From Octopus vulgaris (taxonomy: Eukaryota), in NCBI GenBank assembly GCA_951406725.2, contig OX597834.1, positions 16,430,001 to 16,494,000 on the forward strand: 64,000 nt of DNA. Direction: 5' to 3'. The position numbers were made by a program, and so were the translations under genes. The notes beneath the pieces are model-generated. The model saw nothing but the letters and a program-made list of their open reading frames with translations, made no database searches and had not been told where the DNA came from. Shown here one piece after another: positions 38,727-49,770 of the stretch (positions are counted from its first letter, which is position 1; each line of letters begins with the position of its first letter).

Positions 38727-40165
38727 CACGGGCTTCTTTCAGTTTCTGCCTACCAAATCCACTAACAAGGCTTTGGTTGGCCTCAGGCTATAGTAGAAAA
38801 TGACTTGCTCAAGGTGTCACACAGTGGGACTGAACCCAGAACCATGTGATTGGGAAGCAAGCTTCTTACCACACACATGCAGATATTAAGATTGTTTATA
38901 CTAATACAGATATGTATATACATGAGTGAGCATGCGTGTGTGTGTGTGTGTGTGTGTGTTAAGGTCCTGGAAGGGTAGTTTGTGTTTCCTTCTGATATAC
39001 GCAAAATATAAAGCTTGGCAGATGCACAATGTAAGATCACACTAAAACCTCAAATACTACATAACATTTCACATGGAACTTTCGTGTGCTCCATGGCGTT
39101 AAAAACAGGGCGATACTGAAACAATTGTGACTAGTCATTAAGGGTATGATAACCTCTTTCCTAATCTTCTTATCTGGATTATGTGTGTGTGTGTGTGAGA
39201 GAGAGAGGGGGGAGGGAGAGAGGGAGGGATGGAGAGAGGGAGAGAGAAAGTATTTGTCTGTTTGTCCCACACCACTGCTTGATAACTGGTATTGGTTTCT
39301 TTATATCCTCATAACTTAGCGGTTCAATAAAGAGACCAATAAAAACGAGTACAAGGGTCGACTCGTTCGTCTAAAATCCTTCAAACCGGTGCCCCAGTAT
39401 AACCGCCATCTGCTAACTGGAACAAGTAAAAAGATAAAAGACACCTGACCCCAGTCCTATGTGGCTTTTGTTTCTTCATAATTTTCTTAATGCATTTTAA
39501 ATGAAAATTTGCAGGTAACTGAGATAGGAAGTTTGCTCCCCAACCACATGGTTTCTTATTTCTTTATTGCCCACAAGGGGCTAAACATAGAGGGGACAAA
39601 CAAGGACACACAAACGGATTAAGTCGATTACATCGACCCCCAGCGCGTGACTGACTGGTACTTAATTTATCGACCCCGAACGGATGAAAGGCAAAGTCGA
39701 CCTCGGCGGAATTTGAACTCAGAACGTAGCGGCAGACGAAATACCGCTAAGCATTTAGCCCGGCGTACTAACGTTTCTGCCAGCTCGCCGCATGGTTTCT
39801 GGTTCCCGGCGTGGTACCTTGGGCAAATGTCTTCTACTAAAACCTCGAAAACCTACTTAATAAAAAATATGCTTTATTAAGAAAATCACGAGGAAACAAA
39901 ATCGGTAAAGAGTGACCTCAAACTGTAGTTACGCCAAAAAGAAAACGAAAAACGCTGGCTGACATATTCATCATTCTGTTTCTCCAGTCATAAAGTTTTA
40001 ATGTACTTTTGATCATCCGTACTAAAGGAATCGTATTGTAAATAAATAAAGCTGCTCCAGCCATAACTAATGCATCGAAATTCGCTGAAGTCTGGTGAAA
40101 GTTGAAAACGAGGATTTGTAACGCCATAACTAATCGTCAAGAGCAACCGGTGAACTTTTAATTTG

Positions 40166-40173
40166 TTTCCCGC
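40166..40173 (+). promoter_or_regulatory. E2F-type site TTTCCCGC upstream of the ANAPC2 ATG
   Basis: Exact TTTSSCGC match about 70 nt upstream of the start codon in a CpG-richer segment; motif evidence only. Confidence 0.35.
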
Positions 40174-40243
40174 CGCTTCTTTGTTGTTGTTGGTTTTGTT
40201 GTAGTCTCATGGTCGATCGTTATTTCTTCTTTCTCCTTTCCAA

Positions 40244-40309
40244 ATGTCTAACTACGAGTCTTTGAATAATGCATGGAATGTGGCCACCCAAGTTTTGATT
40301 CCATCGAAC
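40244..40309 (+). CDS. ANAPC2: ANAPC2 exon 1 (MSNYESLNNAWNVATQVLIPSN)
   Basis: ATG in a CpG-richer region; donor AAC|gtgagt; similar to the APC2 N-terminal AWNTVSTGLVP; in frame with exon 2. Confidence 0.8.
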
Positions 40310-40672
40310 GTGAGTAGAATATTTGTAAACCGTTTTATTATTATTATTATTATTATTAGGTTCGCCTTTCATGTTTCTGAAGATGACCAAGTTTATCAGC
40401 TTTGCACTTTGTGGGGTCCGGAGGTGGCTTATTTTGGCCGGTTTGGTCCCGAAACCCTCGGTTACAGCGGAGGGCACGTAACAGCTGAGCCAGGACCCAG
40501 TGTGACTCTTGCTTTCTGTGCAACCTTCCTTTCTTTAGCTTTTCTGGTGACATCGGATTCTGTCTCGCAGCTACTGGGATGATTTTCGTCTCCTTTCGAT
40601 ATAATATGTTTTTAAACAGCACATTCACAAGAGATACTTATCTCTGAATAAATACAGCTGTAACTTGGGCAG

Positions 40673-40974
40673 AGGTCTGGAATAGCACGCCCACATAAGT
40701 TAGATTTTCTCCGTTTCGACGGGGATCTTTTCAATTTTTTGTCCCATCGTTTTTAAGTGTGTAGTGCAAAATAAATTTTGAAGAAGTCTGTTCTTAGGGC
40801 CCCAGAGAGGGACAGAAGGGGGAGAGAGGTAAAATAAAAATCATATATTTTCAAAAAACTTTTGTCAAATAAAGCTTCCTCCCATCATCCTGAATGCGTG
40901 GGGAGAAAAAAATTTGAAAACCCCCCCTCAAAACGGAGAAAGTCTAACTTAGGTGGGCGTGCAACTCCAGACCT
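40673..40974. mobile_element. MITE with ~45-bp TIRs in ANAPC2 intron 1
   Basis: AGGTCTGGAATAGCACGCCCACATAAGTTAGATTTTCTCCGTTT vs AAACGGAGAAAGTCTAACTTAGGTGGGCGTGCAACTCCAGACCT. Confidence 0.8.
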
Positions 40975-41083
40975 TAACCGTAACTTTCCTTTCAGTCATG
41001 TATTTACCTGATGATACGTGGATTGCTCTTTTAATTTAATACCTCTGTGGCGCGTAACAAACATCTAAATATTTTCATTTCAG

Positions 41084-41564
41084 CCCCTCGCGTCTCCACA
41101 TGAAAAAACTGCCTGTTCCTCCTCCGTGAACGAAGTAGACTTCAATGCGGCAATCGAAGTCCTTCACCAACACCAACTCACACACATCATCGAGGACTGG
41201 TTCATCGAATATGTGCAAAGTGAAATGAGAGATGAGATTGCTCCTAAGTTCTGGAGCTACTTTGCCGAGGAGAAAGACACACTTAGCGTTCAGCTGAATA
41301 ATTTTGTTTTGGCCGTCGACTACCTTTATTCAGCCCTCGACAAACACAACGACAGCATTGAGAAAATTGAGTCAATCATTAACAGATACCCACCGTCCAA
41401 CTACAGAACTGGCACCCTCTTCAAGAAATCGTTAAAAGAAACCGCTACGACCCTATGCAAGGCCTTGTTATTTTCATCAAAGGATCGAAAAATCTTCAAA
41501 GTGACAGAAAGCTTCTATTTGAAAGCTTTCAAGGTATACCAACATACAAGCAGTGATGAACAAG
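41084..41564 (+). CDS. ANAPC2: ANAPC2 exon 2
   Basis: tttcag acceptor; PLASPHEK...IIEDWFIEYVQSEMRDEIAPKFW...FYLKAFKVY; donor G|gtaagt, phase 1. Confidence 0.9.
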
Positions 41565-41627
41565 GTAAGTTAGTGCTCTGTAAAGAACTGTTTGGATTAA
41601 TAACAGATTATATATATATATATATAG

Positions 41628-42405
41628 GCGCAGGAGTGGCTGTGTGGTAAGTAGCTTGCTAACCAACCACATGGTTCCAGGTTCAGTCCCACTGCATGGC
41701 ATCTTGGGCAAGTGTCTTCTGCTATAGCCCCTGGCCGACCAATGCCTTGTGAGTGAATTTGGTAGACGGAAACTGAAAGAAGCCTGTTGTATATATGTAT
41801 ATATATATATGTTTGTGTTTGTCCCCCTAGCATTGCTTGACAACCGATGCTGGTGTGTTTACGTCCCCGTCACTTAGCGGTTCAGCAAAAGAGACCGATA
41901 GAATAAGTACTGGGCTTACAAAGAATAAGTCCCGAGGTCGATTTGCTCGACTAAAGGCGGTGCTCCAGCATGACAGAAACAAGTAAAAGAGTATATATAT
42001 AGGCACAGGAGTGGCTGTGTGGTAAGTAGCTTGCTTACCAACCACATGGTTCTGGGTTTATTCCCACTGCGTGGCTCCTTGGGCAAGTGTTTTCTACTAT
42101 ATCCTCAGGCTGGCCAAAGCCTTGTGAGTCGATTTGGTAGACGGAAACTAAAAGAAGCCTGTCGTATATATGTATATATATATATATGTGTATGTGTGTA
42201 TATCTTTGTGTATCTGTGTTTGTCCCCCAACATCGCTTTACAACTGATGGTGGTGGGTTTATGTCCCCATAACTTAGCAGTTCGGCAAGAGACCAATAGA
42301 ATAAGTATTAAGCTTCCAAAGTCCTGGGGTCGATTTGCTCGACTAAAGGCAGTGCTCCAGCATGGCTGCACTCAAATGACTGAAACAAGTAAAAGAGTAA
42401 AAGAA
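41628..42405 (+). mobile_element. Two tandem SINE family A copies filling ANAPC2 intron 2
   Basis: Heads at ~41628 and ~42002, each ending in the AAGTAAAAGAG tail. Confidence 0.85.
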
Positions 42406-42434
42406 TATATATATATATTTTTTTTTTTTTTCAG

Positions 42435-42552
42435 ATGATGAGAAACTTGTAGAATCTTCTGAACTTGGTCACTGCAATGGCTGTGATGAAGAACAAGATG
42501 AATGCAAATGTACTGAATTCATGGAATCATTTCATACGATAAACAGAAAACT
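42435..42552 (+). CDS. ANAPC2: ANAPC2 exon 3 (Cys cluster CNGC...CKC)
   Basis: Poly-T cag acceptor; DDEKLVESSELGHCNGCDEEQDECKCTEFMESFHTINRKL matches the APC2 CxGC..CxC motif; donor CT|gtgagc, phase 2. Confidence 0.88.
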
Positions 42553-43018
42553 GTGAGCTACTTAACAATATTTCATTATCAATTTTGGTGTTTATTTTTT
42601 TTTCTCTCTCATGTCAACAAAAACATACGATCATCATCATCATTTTAACATCCAATTTTTCCCTGCTTGTATGAATCAGTTTGGAATTATTGAGGCAGTT
42701 TTTCTATGGCTGGATACCCCTTGTGTTGCCAACCCTCAGCACGCAATGCTTACTGATAGGAACAGCATCCAATTGTAAAACAATGCCTTAGTAAGATATT
42801 CATCTAACCCATGCTAGCATGGTAAAACAGACCTAAAAATGAATGGACGAATATGTATATATATCAACATCATCCTCACTTAGCATCTGCTTTTCCATTC
42901 TGAGATGGGTTAGGCTGTTTGACTGGAATTGGTAAGCTGGAGAGCCGCACCAGGTTCCTGTCTGTTATGGCATGGTTTCTTTGGCTGGATGCCACTCCTA
43001 AAACCAACCACTCCAAGA

Positions 43019-43078
<60 letters not shown>

Positions 43079-43260
43079 CTTTATTACCCACAAGGGGCTA
43101 AACATAGAGGGACAAAAAAAGTCTGACAAAGGGATTAACTCGATTACATCGACCCCAGTGCGTAACTGGTACTTTATTTATCGACCCCGAAAGGATGAAA
43201 GACAAAGTCGACCCCGGCGGAATTTGAACTCAGAACGTAACGGGAAGCTTGCCGTGTGTG

Positions 43261-43299
<39 letters not shown>

Positions 43300-43507
43300 T
43301 CATCATCGTTGAATGTCCGTTTTCCATGCTGGCATGGGTTGGACGATTCGACCAGGAGTTGTCCAGATTCCAAATGTATGTTGTGGCATGGTTCCTACTA
43401 TTGGATGCCCTTCCTAATGCCAACCGCTTTACCAATTGTTCTGGGTGCTTTTTACATATATATATACCCATGCCGGTGACATGTAAAAGACACAACTGTA
43501 AACTAAT

Positions 43508-46500
43508 GTTCATAAGATAATCATTTATTTCTTTGTCCTCTTATTTTATGTGTTCCACACACGCACTCTCTCTCTCTCTCACATAATGGTCTTCCAGTTT
43601 CCTATTTCTTTATTGCCCACAAGGGGCTAAACATAGAGGGGACAAACAAGGGCGGCTGGGATCAAATATTTTGACTGAAAGCCTTCAAGATGGTGCCCCA
43701 GCATGGTCACAGTCTAATTTATCGAACCTGAAAGGATGAAAGGTAAAGTTGACCTCGGTGGAATTTGAACTCAGAACGTAACGGCAGATGAAATACTGCT
43801 AAGCATTTTGCCTGGCGTGCTAACGATTCTGCCAGCTTGCTGCCTTTACCCATGGTCTTCCAGTTTCCATCTACCAAATCCACTCACAATGCCAGAATGC
43901 TTTGGTCAACCTAGAGCTATAGTAGAGAACTTTGGCTCAAGGTGCCTTGTAGTCAGATTGTACCTGAAACCATAAATAAGTAATTGTGAAATCTGTGAAG
44001 AGTGGTTGGCATTAGGAAGGGCACCGAGCTGGAGAAACCAAGCCAAAACAGACTGGAACCTGGTAGAACTCTGCAGCTTGCTGGTTCTGGTCAAATCATC
44101 CAACCCAAAGAGCTGTTCTTCACTCCTGCTCCAGAGCATCGGCTGTGGGGTCATTCCGAAAAGCTCTACCTGCGACGATTTCATCTCAATCGAAGGAGAG
44201 GAGCTTTCTCCGTCCGGGTTGCGGATCCGTGGAACAAGCTGCCAGACGAGATGGTGAAGATGCCGACGACCGCTTTGTTCAAAGTCTCCCTTGACCTCAA
44301 GTGGCCTGAACTCTTTACATGAACACCACCCTGTACTTAACTCCATGTCCCCCTACATGGCCTTGCTATTTGCTTTTGAGCCAAATTAACTAACTAACTA
44401 ACTAACTAAGGTCAACATAGAAAACAGACACTAAATGATGATGACGACGTGGTGGTTCATAAGATAATCATTTATTTCTTTGTCCTCTTATTTTCTTACA
44501 CACACGCACTCTCTCTCTCTCTCACATAATGGTCTTCCAGTTTCCTATTTCTTTATTGCCCACAAGGGGCTAAACATAGAGGGGACAAACAAGGGCGGAC
44601 AAAGGGACTAAGTCGATTAGATCGACCCCAGTGCGTAACTGGTACTTAATTTATCGAACCTGAAAGGATGAAAGGTAAAGTTGACCTCGGTGAAATTTGA
44701 ACTCAGAACGTAACGGCAGATGAAATACTGCTAAGCATTTTGCCTGGCGTGCTAACGATTCTGCCAGCATGCTGCCTTTACCCATGGTCTTCCAGTTTCC
44801 ATCTACCAAATCCACTCACAATGCCAGAATGCTTTGGTCAACCTAGAGCTATAGTAGAGAACATTGGCTCAAGGTGCCTTGTAGTCGGATTGAACCTGAA
44901 ACCATAAATAAGTAATTGTGAAATCTGTGAAGAGTGGTTGGCATTAGGAAGGGCACCGAGCATGGAGAAACACATACACACACACATACATATATATACA
45001 TATATACGACAGGCTCTTTCAGTTTGCTGGCTCTGGTCAAATCATCCAACTCAAAGAGCATTGGTTCTTCACCCTGCTCCAGAGCGTCGGCTGCGAGGTC
45101 ATTCCACGCAAGCTCTACCTGCGACGATTTCATCTCACCGAAGGAGAGGAGCTTTCTCCGTTTCAGTGGGTTGCAGCCATGTTGGAACATAGTGCCATTT
45201 TCAACATCTGACATGGCGAACATTGAGCCCCTGTACAGACAGTGTCAATTTGATGATGAATGGTACTCCCATGTTTCCAGGGGTGAATTATTCAAACCCC
45301 AAAGAATTCCTCTCAACACATGAATATAAGGCTTCCCCAGTACTCTTGCTCATGATCAGAGTTGCACCTATTATCAGCCACTAAGAGACCTGCTCAACTG
45401 GTTAAGTGAAGCAACTGACCAGCAAATCTTTGATATTGAGCAAATGTTAACACTTCCAGTTGTTGTTATAGAAGAAGAAGAGTGAAGAACTGGCAGAGTT
45501 TAGTGGATTTGTCCATCTTTACACTAAGACAAAGTATGGAAATGTTAACACTTCCAATCAGTTAAGATCAGAAGCCATGAGAGCCACTGCCTGATACTAC
45601 ATCAGATTGTTGCTGTTGTTGTCATTGTAGAAGAAGAAGAAGAAAAGTGGTGAGCTGGCAGAGTTTAGTGGCATTCTTCCATCTTTATGTTCTCAGTTCA
45701 AATTCTTACGAGGGCAACTTTGCCATTTATCCTTACAGGATTGGTAAAAGAAATACCAGTTGAGCACTAAAATCGATACCAACTAGTCCCTCTCACCAAT
45801 TTTTCAGGCCTTGTGCCAATCGTAGAAATCATTATTATTTGTTTCAAATTCTATTGTTTGTGTGTTTACATTGTGCCCCCTTTATATATATATATCTTTA
45901 TATATCAGTCTGAAGTTGACTGTGGCAGTGCTGGAGCACCACCTTTAGTCGAGCAACTCGACTCCCACTTATTCTTTGTAAGCCCAGTACTTATTCTATC
46001 GGTCTCTTTTGCTGAACCGCTAGATGACGACGTAAACACACCAGCATCGGTTGTCAAGCGATGTTGGGGGGACAAACACAGACATACAAACACATACACA
46101 CACACACATATATATATATACATATATACGACAGGCTTCTTTCAGTTTCCGTCTACCAAATCCACTCACAAGGCATTGGTTGGCCCGGGGCTATAGCAGA
46201 AGACACTTGCCCAAGATGCCACGCAGTGGGACTGAACCCGGAACCATGTGGTTGGTTAGCAAGCTACTTACCACACAATCCTTTTGTGGGTTTCAGTTAT
46301 TGGGTTACGGCCATGTTGGAGCATAGTGCCATTTTCAACATCTGACATGGCGAACATTGAGCCCCTGTACAGACAGTGTCAATTTGATGATGAATGGTAC
46401 TCCCATGTTTCCAGGGGTGAATTATTCAAACTACCCAAAGAATTCCTCCAACACATGAATATAAGGCTTCCCCAGTACTCTTGCTCATGATCAGAGTTCG

Positions 46501-47050
46501 TTCACCTCTTAACAGCCACTAAGAGACCTGCTCAACTGGTTAAGTGAAGCAACTGACCAGCAAATCTTTGATATTGAGCAAATGTTAACACTTCCAGTTG
46601 TTGTTATAGAAGAAGAAGAGTGAAGAACTGGCAGAGTTTAGTGGATTTGTCCATCTTTACACTAAGACAAAGTATGGAAATGTTAACACTTCCAATCAGT
46701 TAAGATCAGAATGGCCCAGTGAGGGCAGCCACTGCCTGATACTACATCAGATTGTTGCTGTTGTTGTCATTGTAGAAGAAGAAGAAGAAAAGTGGTGAGC
46801 TGGCAGAGTTTAGTGGCATTCTTCCATCTTTATATTCTCAGTTCAAATTCTTACGAGGGCAACTTTGCCATTTATCCTTACAGGATTGGTAAAAGAAATA
46901 CCAGTTGAGCACTAAAATCGATACCAACTAGTCCCTCTCACCAATTTTTCAGGCCTTGTGCCAAAAGTAGAAATCATTATTATTTGTTTCAAATTCTATT
47001 GTTTGTGTGTTTACATTGTGCCCCCTTTATATATATATATCTTTATATAT
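43508..47050 (+). repeat. Two adjacent direct duplications (43508-44213 / 44455-45161 and 45161-45905 / 46291-47050)
   Basis: Long near-identical stretches, including non-TE sequence. Confidence 0.9.
44110..44408 (+). mobile_element. LINE (CR1/L2-group) 3' end with (TAAC)n tail
   Basis: RLWGHSEKLYLRRFHLNRRRGAFSVRVADPWNKLP..FKVSLD resembles a CR1-type ORF2 C-terminus; second copy at ~48355-48629. Confidence 0.8.
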
Positions 47051-47334
47051 AAAACTGAAGTTGTGTGAGAGTCTGTCTCCTCCGATTTAGATTCCTAACT
47101 ACTCCCACATTTTGCGGTGCAGTTTAACCAAAAGCGGGTATCTTATAGTCGTGATTCATATCGAGCCCTTCTGGGTATTAGCGCGCGTCTACGATGAGTC
47201 TAAAAATTTACCATAATTTTTTTCGTTTTTTTAATGCATTTTTTGCTCGGTTTATATAAGGGAAGTAACTCTCTAAAAATGCCTATATAGTTATTTCCCT
47301 TACAAACCCAAGCAACGCCGGGCAATACTGCTAG
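47040..47334 (+). mobile_element. Non-autonomous Helitron
   Basis: 5' TC, subterminal hairpin CCC(A)AGCAACGCCGGG, 3' CTAG, inserted at A|T. A second 5' end is at ~63929-64000 and a 3' end at ~50837-50941. Confidence 0.75.
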
Positions 47335-47360
47335 TATATATATATATCCTGTGTTTTTAG

Positions 47361-47646
47361 TGGCTTGACAAGAAAGTTCTTGGTTGGCTTGATCTTGTCT
47401 GGTGTTCAGATCAAATGTCATCGACTGAACTGCAATCCTTGAAGGAGTTCAAAGACACACTGCGCCAATACATGTACGAGAACTACGCTGGTACCCTAAT
47501 CGACCAATTATTCAGCATTATCATAGACTACCCAGAATCAGAACCAGCCATTCTCGATTTGAAAAACTGCCTCATGAAGACAGATCTTCGTTCACATCTT
47601 GTCATCTCTCTCAAAGATGCTTTAGAAAACAGATTGCTACATCCAG
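47361..47646 (+). CDS. ANAPC2: ANAPC2 exon (5th expected)
   Basis: tttttag acceptor, phase 0; WLDKKVLGWLDLVW...LFSIIIDYPESEPAILDLKNCL...LENRLLHPG; donor G|gtattt. Confidence 0.92.
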
Positions 47647-47800
47647 GTATTTTCTCCTCTTCATTTTGCTTTGTTTTTCTATTCCCTACTTCCTTCATTT
47701 TATTTCCACACTGAAGTTATTGAACTTCTAAACCAGTGGTTCTCAACTTGCTAGAAATAGCAACCAAATCTCTATCAGATTACACACTACCATCTTAAAA

Positions 47801-48093
47801 GTGGAGGCGCAATGGCCCAGTGGTTAGGGCAGCGGACTCGCGGTCGTAGGATCGCGGTTTCGATTCCCAGATCAGGCGTCGTGAGTGTTTATTGAGCAAA
47901 AACACCTTAAAGCTCCACAAGGCTCCGGCAGGGGGTGGTAGTCCCTGCTGTACTCTTTCACCACAACTTTCTTCTGTTGGCCTGCTCGCTTAGCCAGCGG
48001 GGTGGCGTCATTTGAAGGCTAAAACAATGCGAACGCATTGTGACCAGCGATGTGTAACGACATCTGATGGTCTGGTCGGTCACGTGATCACAT
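47801..48093 (+). mobile_element. SINE family C with TSD ATCTTAAAAGT
   Basis: tRNA-like head; direct repeat on both sides. Confidence 0.8.
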
Positions 48094-48785
48094 GATCTTA
48101 AAAGTAGGATGAGGCCAATTTGTTAGTACTTGGCGAGTAAAAATTCAATTTTCGCAAGTGTTTATCAGTGGCACTGAAACAGCTGTGCCAAAACATCTCT
48201 TAGTCCTTTAGTATTTAAACCAGCCATACGCAGCCCAAATATTTTTCTTGTTTTATGCTCCCAAGTGGCCAGATCCAGCTACTCACACCTACCCAACAAT
48301 GTCATTCTGTATATCAACAATCACATCATTGAAATCTGAAAGTTACAAGATAATGTGTCGGCTGCAGGGTCATTCCGAAAAGCTCTATCTGTGACGATTT
48401 CATCTCAATCGAAGGAGAGGGGCTTTCTCCATCCGGGTTGCGGATCCGTGGAATAAGCTGCCGGACGATATGGTGAAGATGCCGACAACCGCTCGGTTCA
48501 AAGTCTCCCTTGACCTCAAGTGGCCTGAACTCTTTACATGAACACCACCCTGTACATAACTCCATGTCCCCCTACATGGCCTTGCTTTTTTGCTTTTTGA
48601 GCCAAAAAATTAACTAACTAACTAACTAATTCAAAATAAGGTGACTAAATAAGCATTACATTTGATGGAATAATCTGAATGCTGAAGGGTTAAACTGGCC
48701 ATATTCTTCCTGTTTTATCTTCAAACTGGCCAGATCCAGCCTCCAACACCTACCCAACAATTCTCATTCTAAACATAAACATATA

Positions 48786-49195
48786 GGCGCAGGAGTGACT
48801 GTGTGGTAAGTAGTTTGTTTACCAACCACATGGTTCCGGGTTCAGTCCCACTGCGTGGCACCTTGGGCAAGTGTCTTCTGCTATAGCCTCGGGCCGACCA
48901 AAGCCTTGTGAGTGGATTTGGTAGACGGAAACTGAAAAAGCCCGTCGTATATATGTATATATATATGTGTGTGTGCGTGTATGTTTGTGTGTCTGTGTTT
49001 GTCCCCCTAGCATTGCTTGACAACCGATGTTGGTGTGTTTATGTCCCTGTTACTTAGCGGTTCGGCAAAAGAGATCGATAGAATAAGTACTGGGCTTACA
49101 TAAGAATAAGTCCCGGGGTCGAGTTGCTCGATTAAAGGCGGTGCTCCAGCATGGCCGCAGTCAAATGACTGAAACAAGTAAAAGGGTAAAGAGAG
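48786..49195 (+). mobile_element. SINE family A
   Basis: Full-length copy. Confidence 0.85.
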
Positions 49196-49378
49196 TCACG
49201 TCATTGAAATCTGAAAGCTACAAGATAATATGAGTAATTAAAATTAATGCGAAGATACAGTTCATGGGGGGGTCATTGTAATTGACCTGCCCCTTCTCCC
49301 AAAATTGCTGGCCTTGTGCCAAAATTTGAAACTATTTTTATTGTTGTTTATTATTCTTATTGTTTTTTTTTATTTTAG

Positions 49379-49496
49379 GTGTAAACACCTCTAATATACT
49401 TGCTGCTTATATATCAGCAATTCGGGCCCTACGTGTGTTGGACCCTGCGGGTGTGATCCTGGAGCTTGTTTGTGAACCTGTACAGAAATATTTAAG
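49379..49496 (+). CDS. ANAPC2: ANAPC2 exon
   Basis: GVNTSNILAAYISAIRALRVLDPAGVILELVCEPVQKYLR; ttttag acceptor, gtaaca donor. Confidence 0.93.
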
Positions 49497-49720
49497 GTAA
49501 CATCAACCTTGCCTTACTGCTTAGCTTTCTCTTCTGCACCAATTGATCCAACACACTCTTACCCATACAGACACACACAAACATAAGTGAGTGAACCAAT
49601 GAAAGAAAGTAGCACTCAATATACTTGGTTAGTGTCACATGTATTTTATAACAGTTTGACTCAGCTCCACATGACTTTCAAGTTTGATGGGTGCATAGAA
49701 CACATCCATCTCATCTCCAA

Positions 49721-49770
49721 ACATCTGATGAGGGTGGGTGCATTCTACATCACATGAAACTTTGTCATGT
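49721..49770 (+). ncRNA. Candidate minimal type I hammerhead ribozyme
   Basis: ACAT-CTGATGA-[imperfect stem II]-GAAAC-ttt-GTC-ATGT: stem I ACAT/ATGT, complete catalytic core, GUC triplet; lies inside an inverted repeat. Confidence 0.45.

Noticed and set aside
38040-38729. Minus-strand 142-aa ORF and nearby CxxCxKxC...H motif
   Set aside because: Interrupted by stops; most consistent with a decayed LINE C-terminus between (TA)n tracts, too weak to annotate as a gene.
39918-40127. 69-aa minus-strand ORF head-to-head with ANAPC2
   Set aside because: No recognisable domain or splice partner; probably promoter sequence, though a divergent transcript cannot be excluded.
45167-45281. AG-flanked open frame as the missing ANAPC2 exon
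   Set aside because: GLQPCWNIVPFSTSD... has no APC2 similarity and starts in SINE-tail-like sequence.
47407-47417. Acceptor at 47409 / ATG at 47415 as exon start
   Set aside because: The frame extends upstream to tttttag|47361 and encodes the conserved WxxxVxGWL motif.
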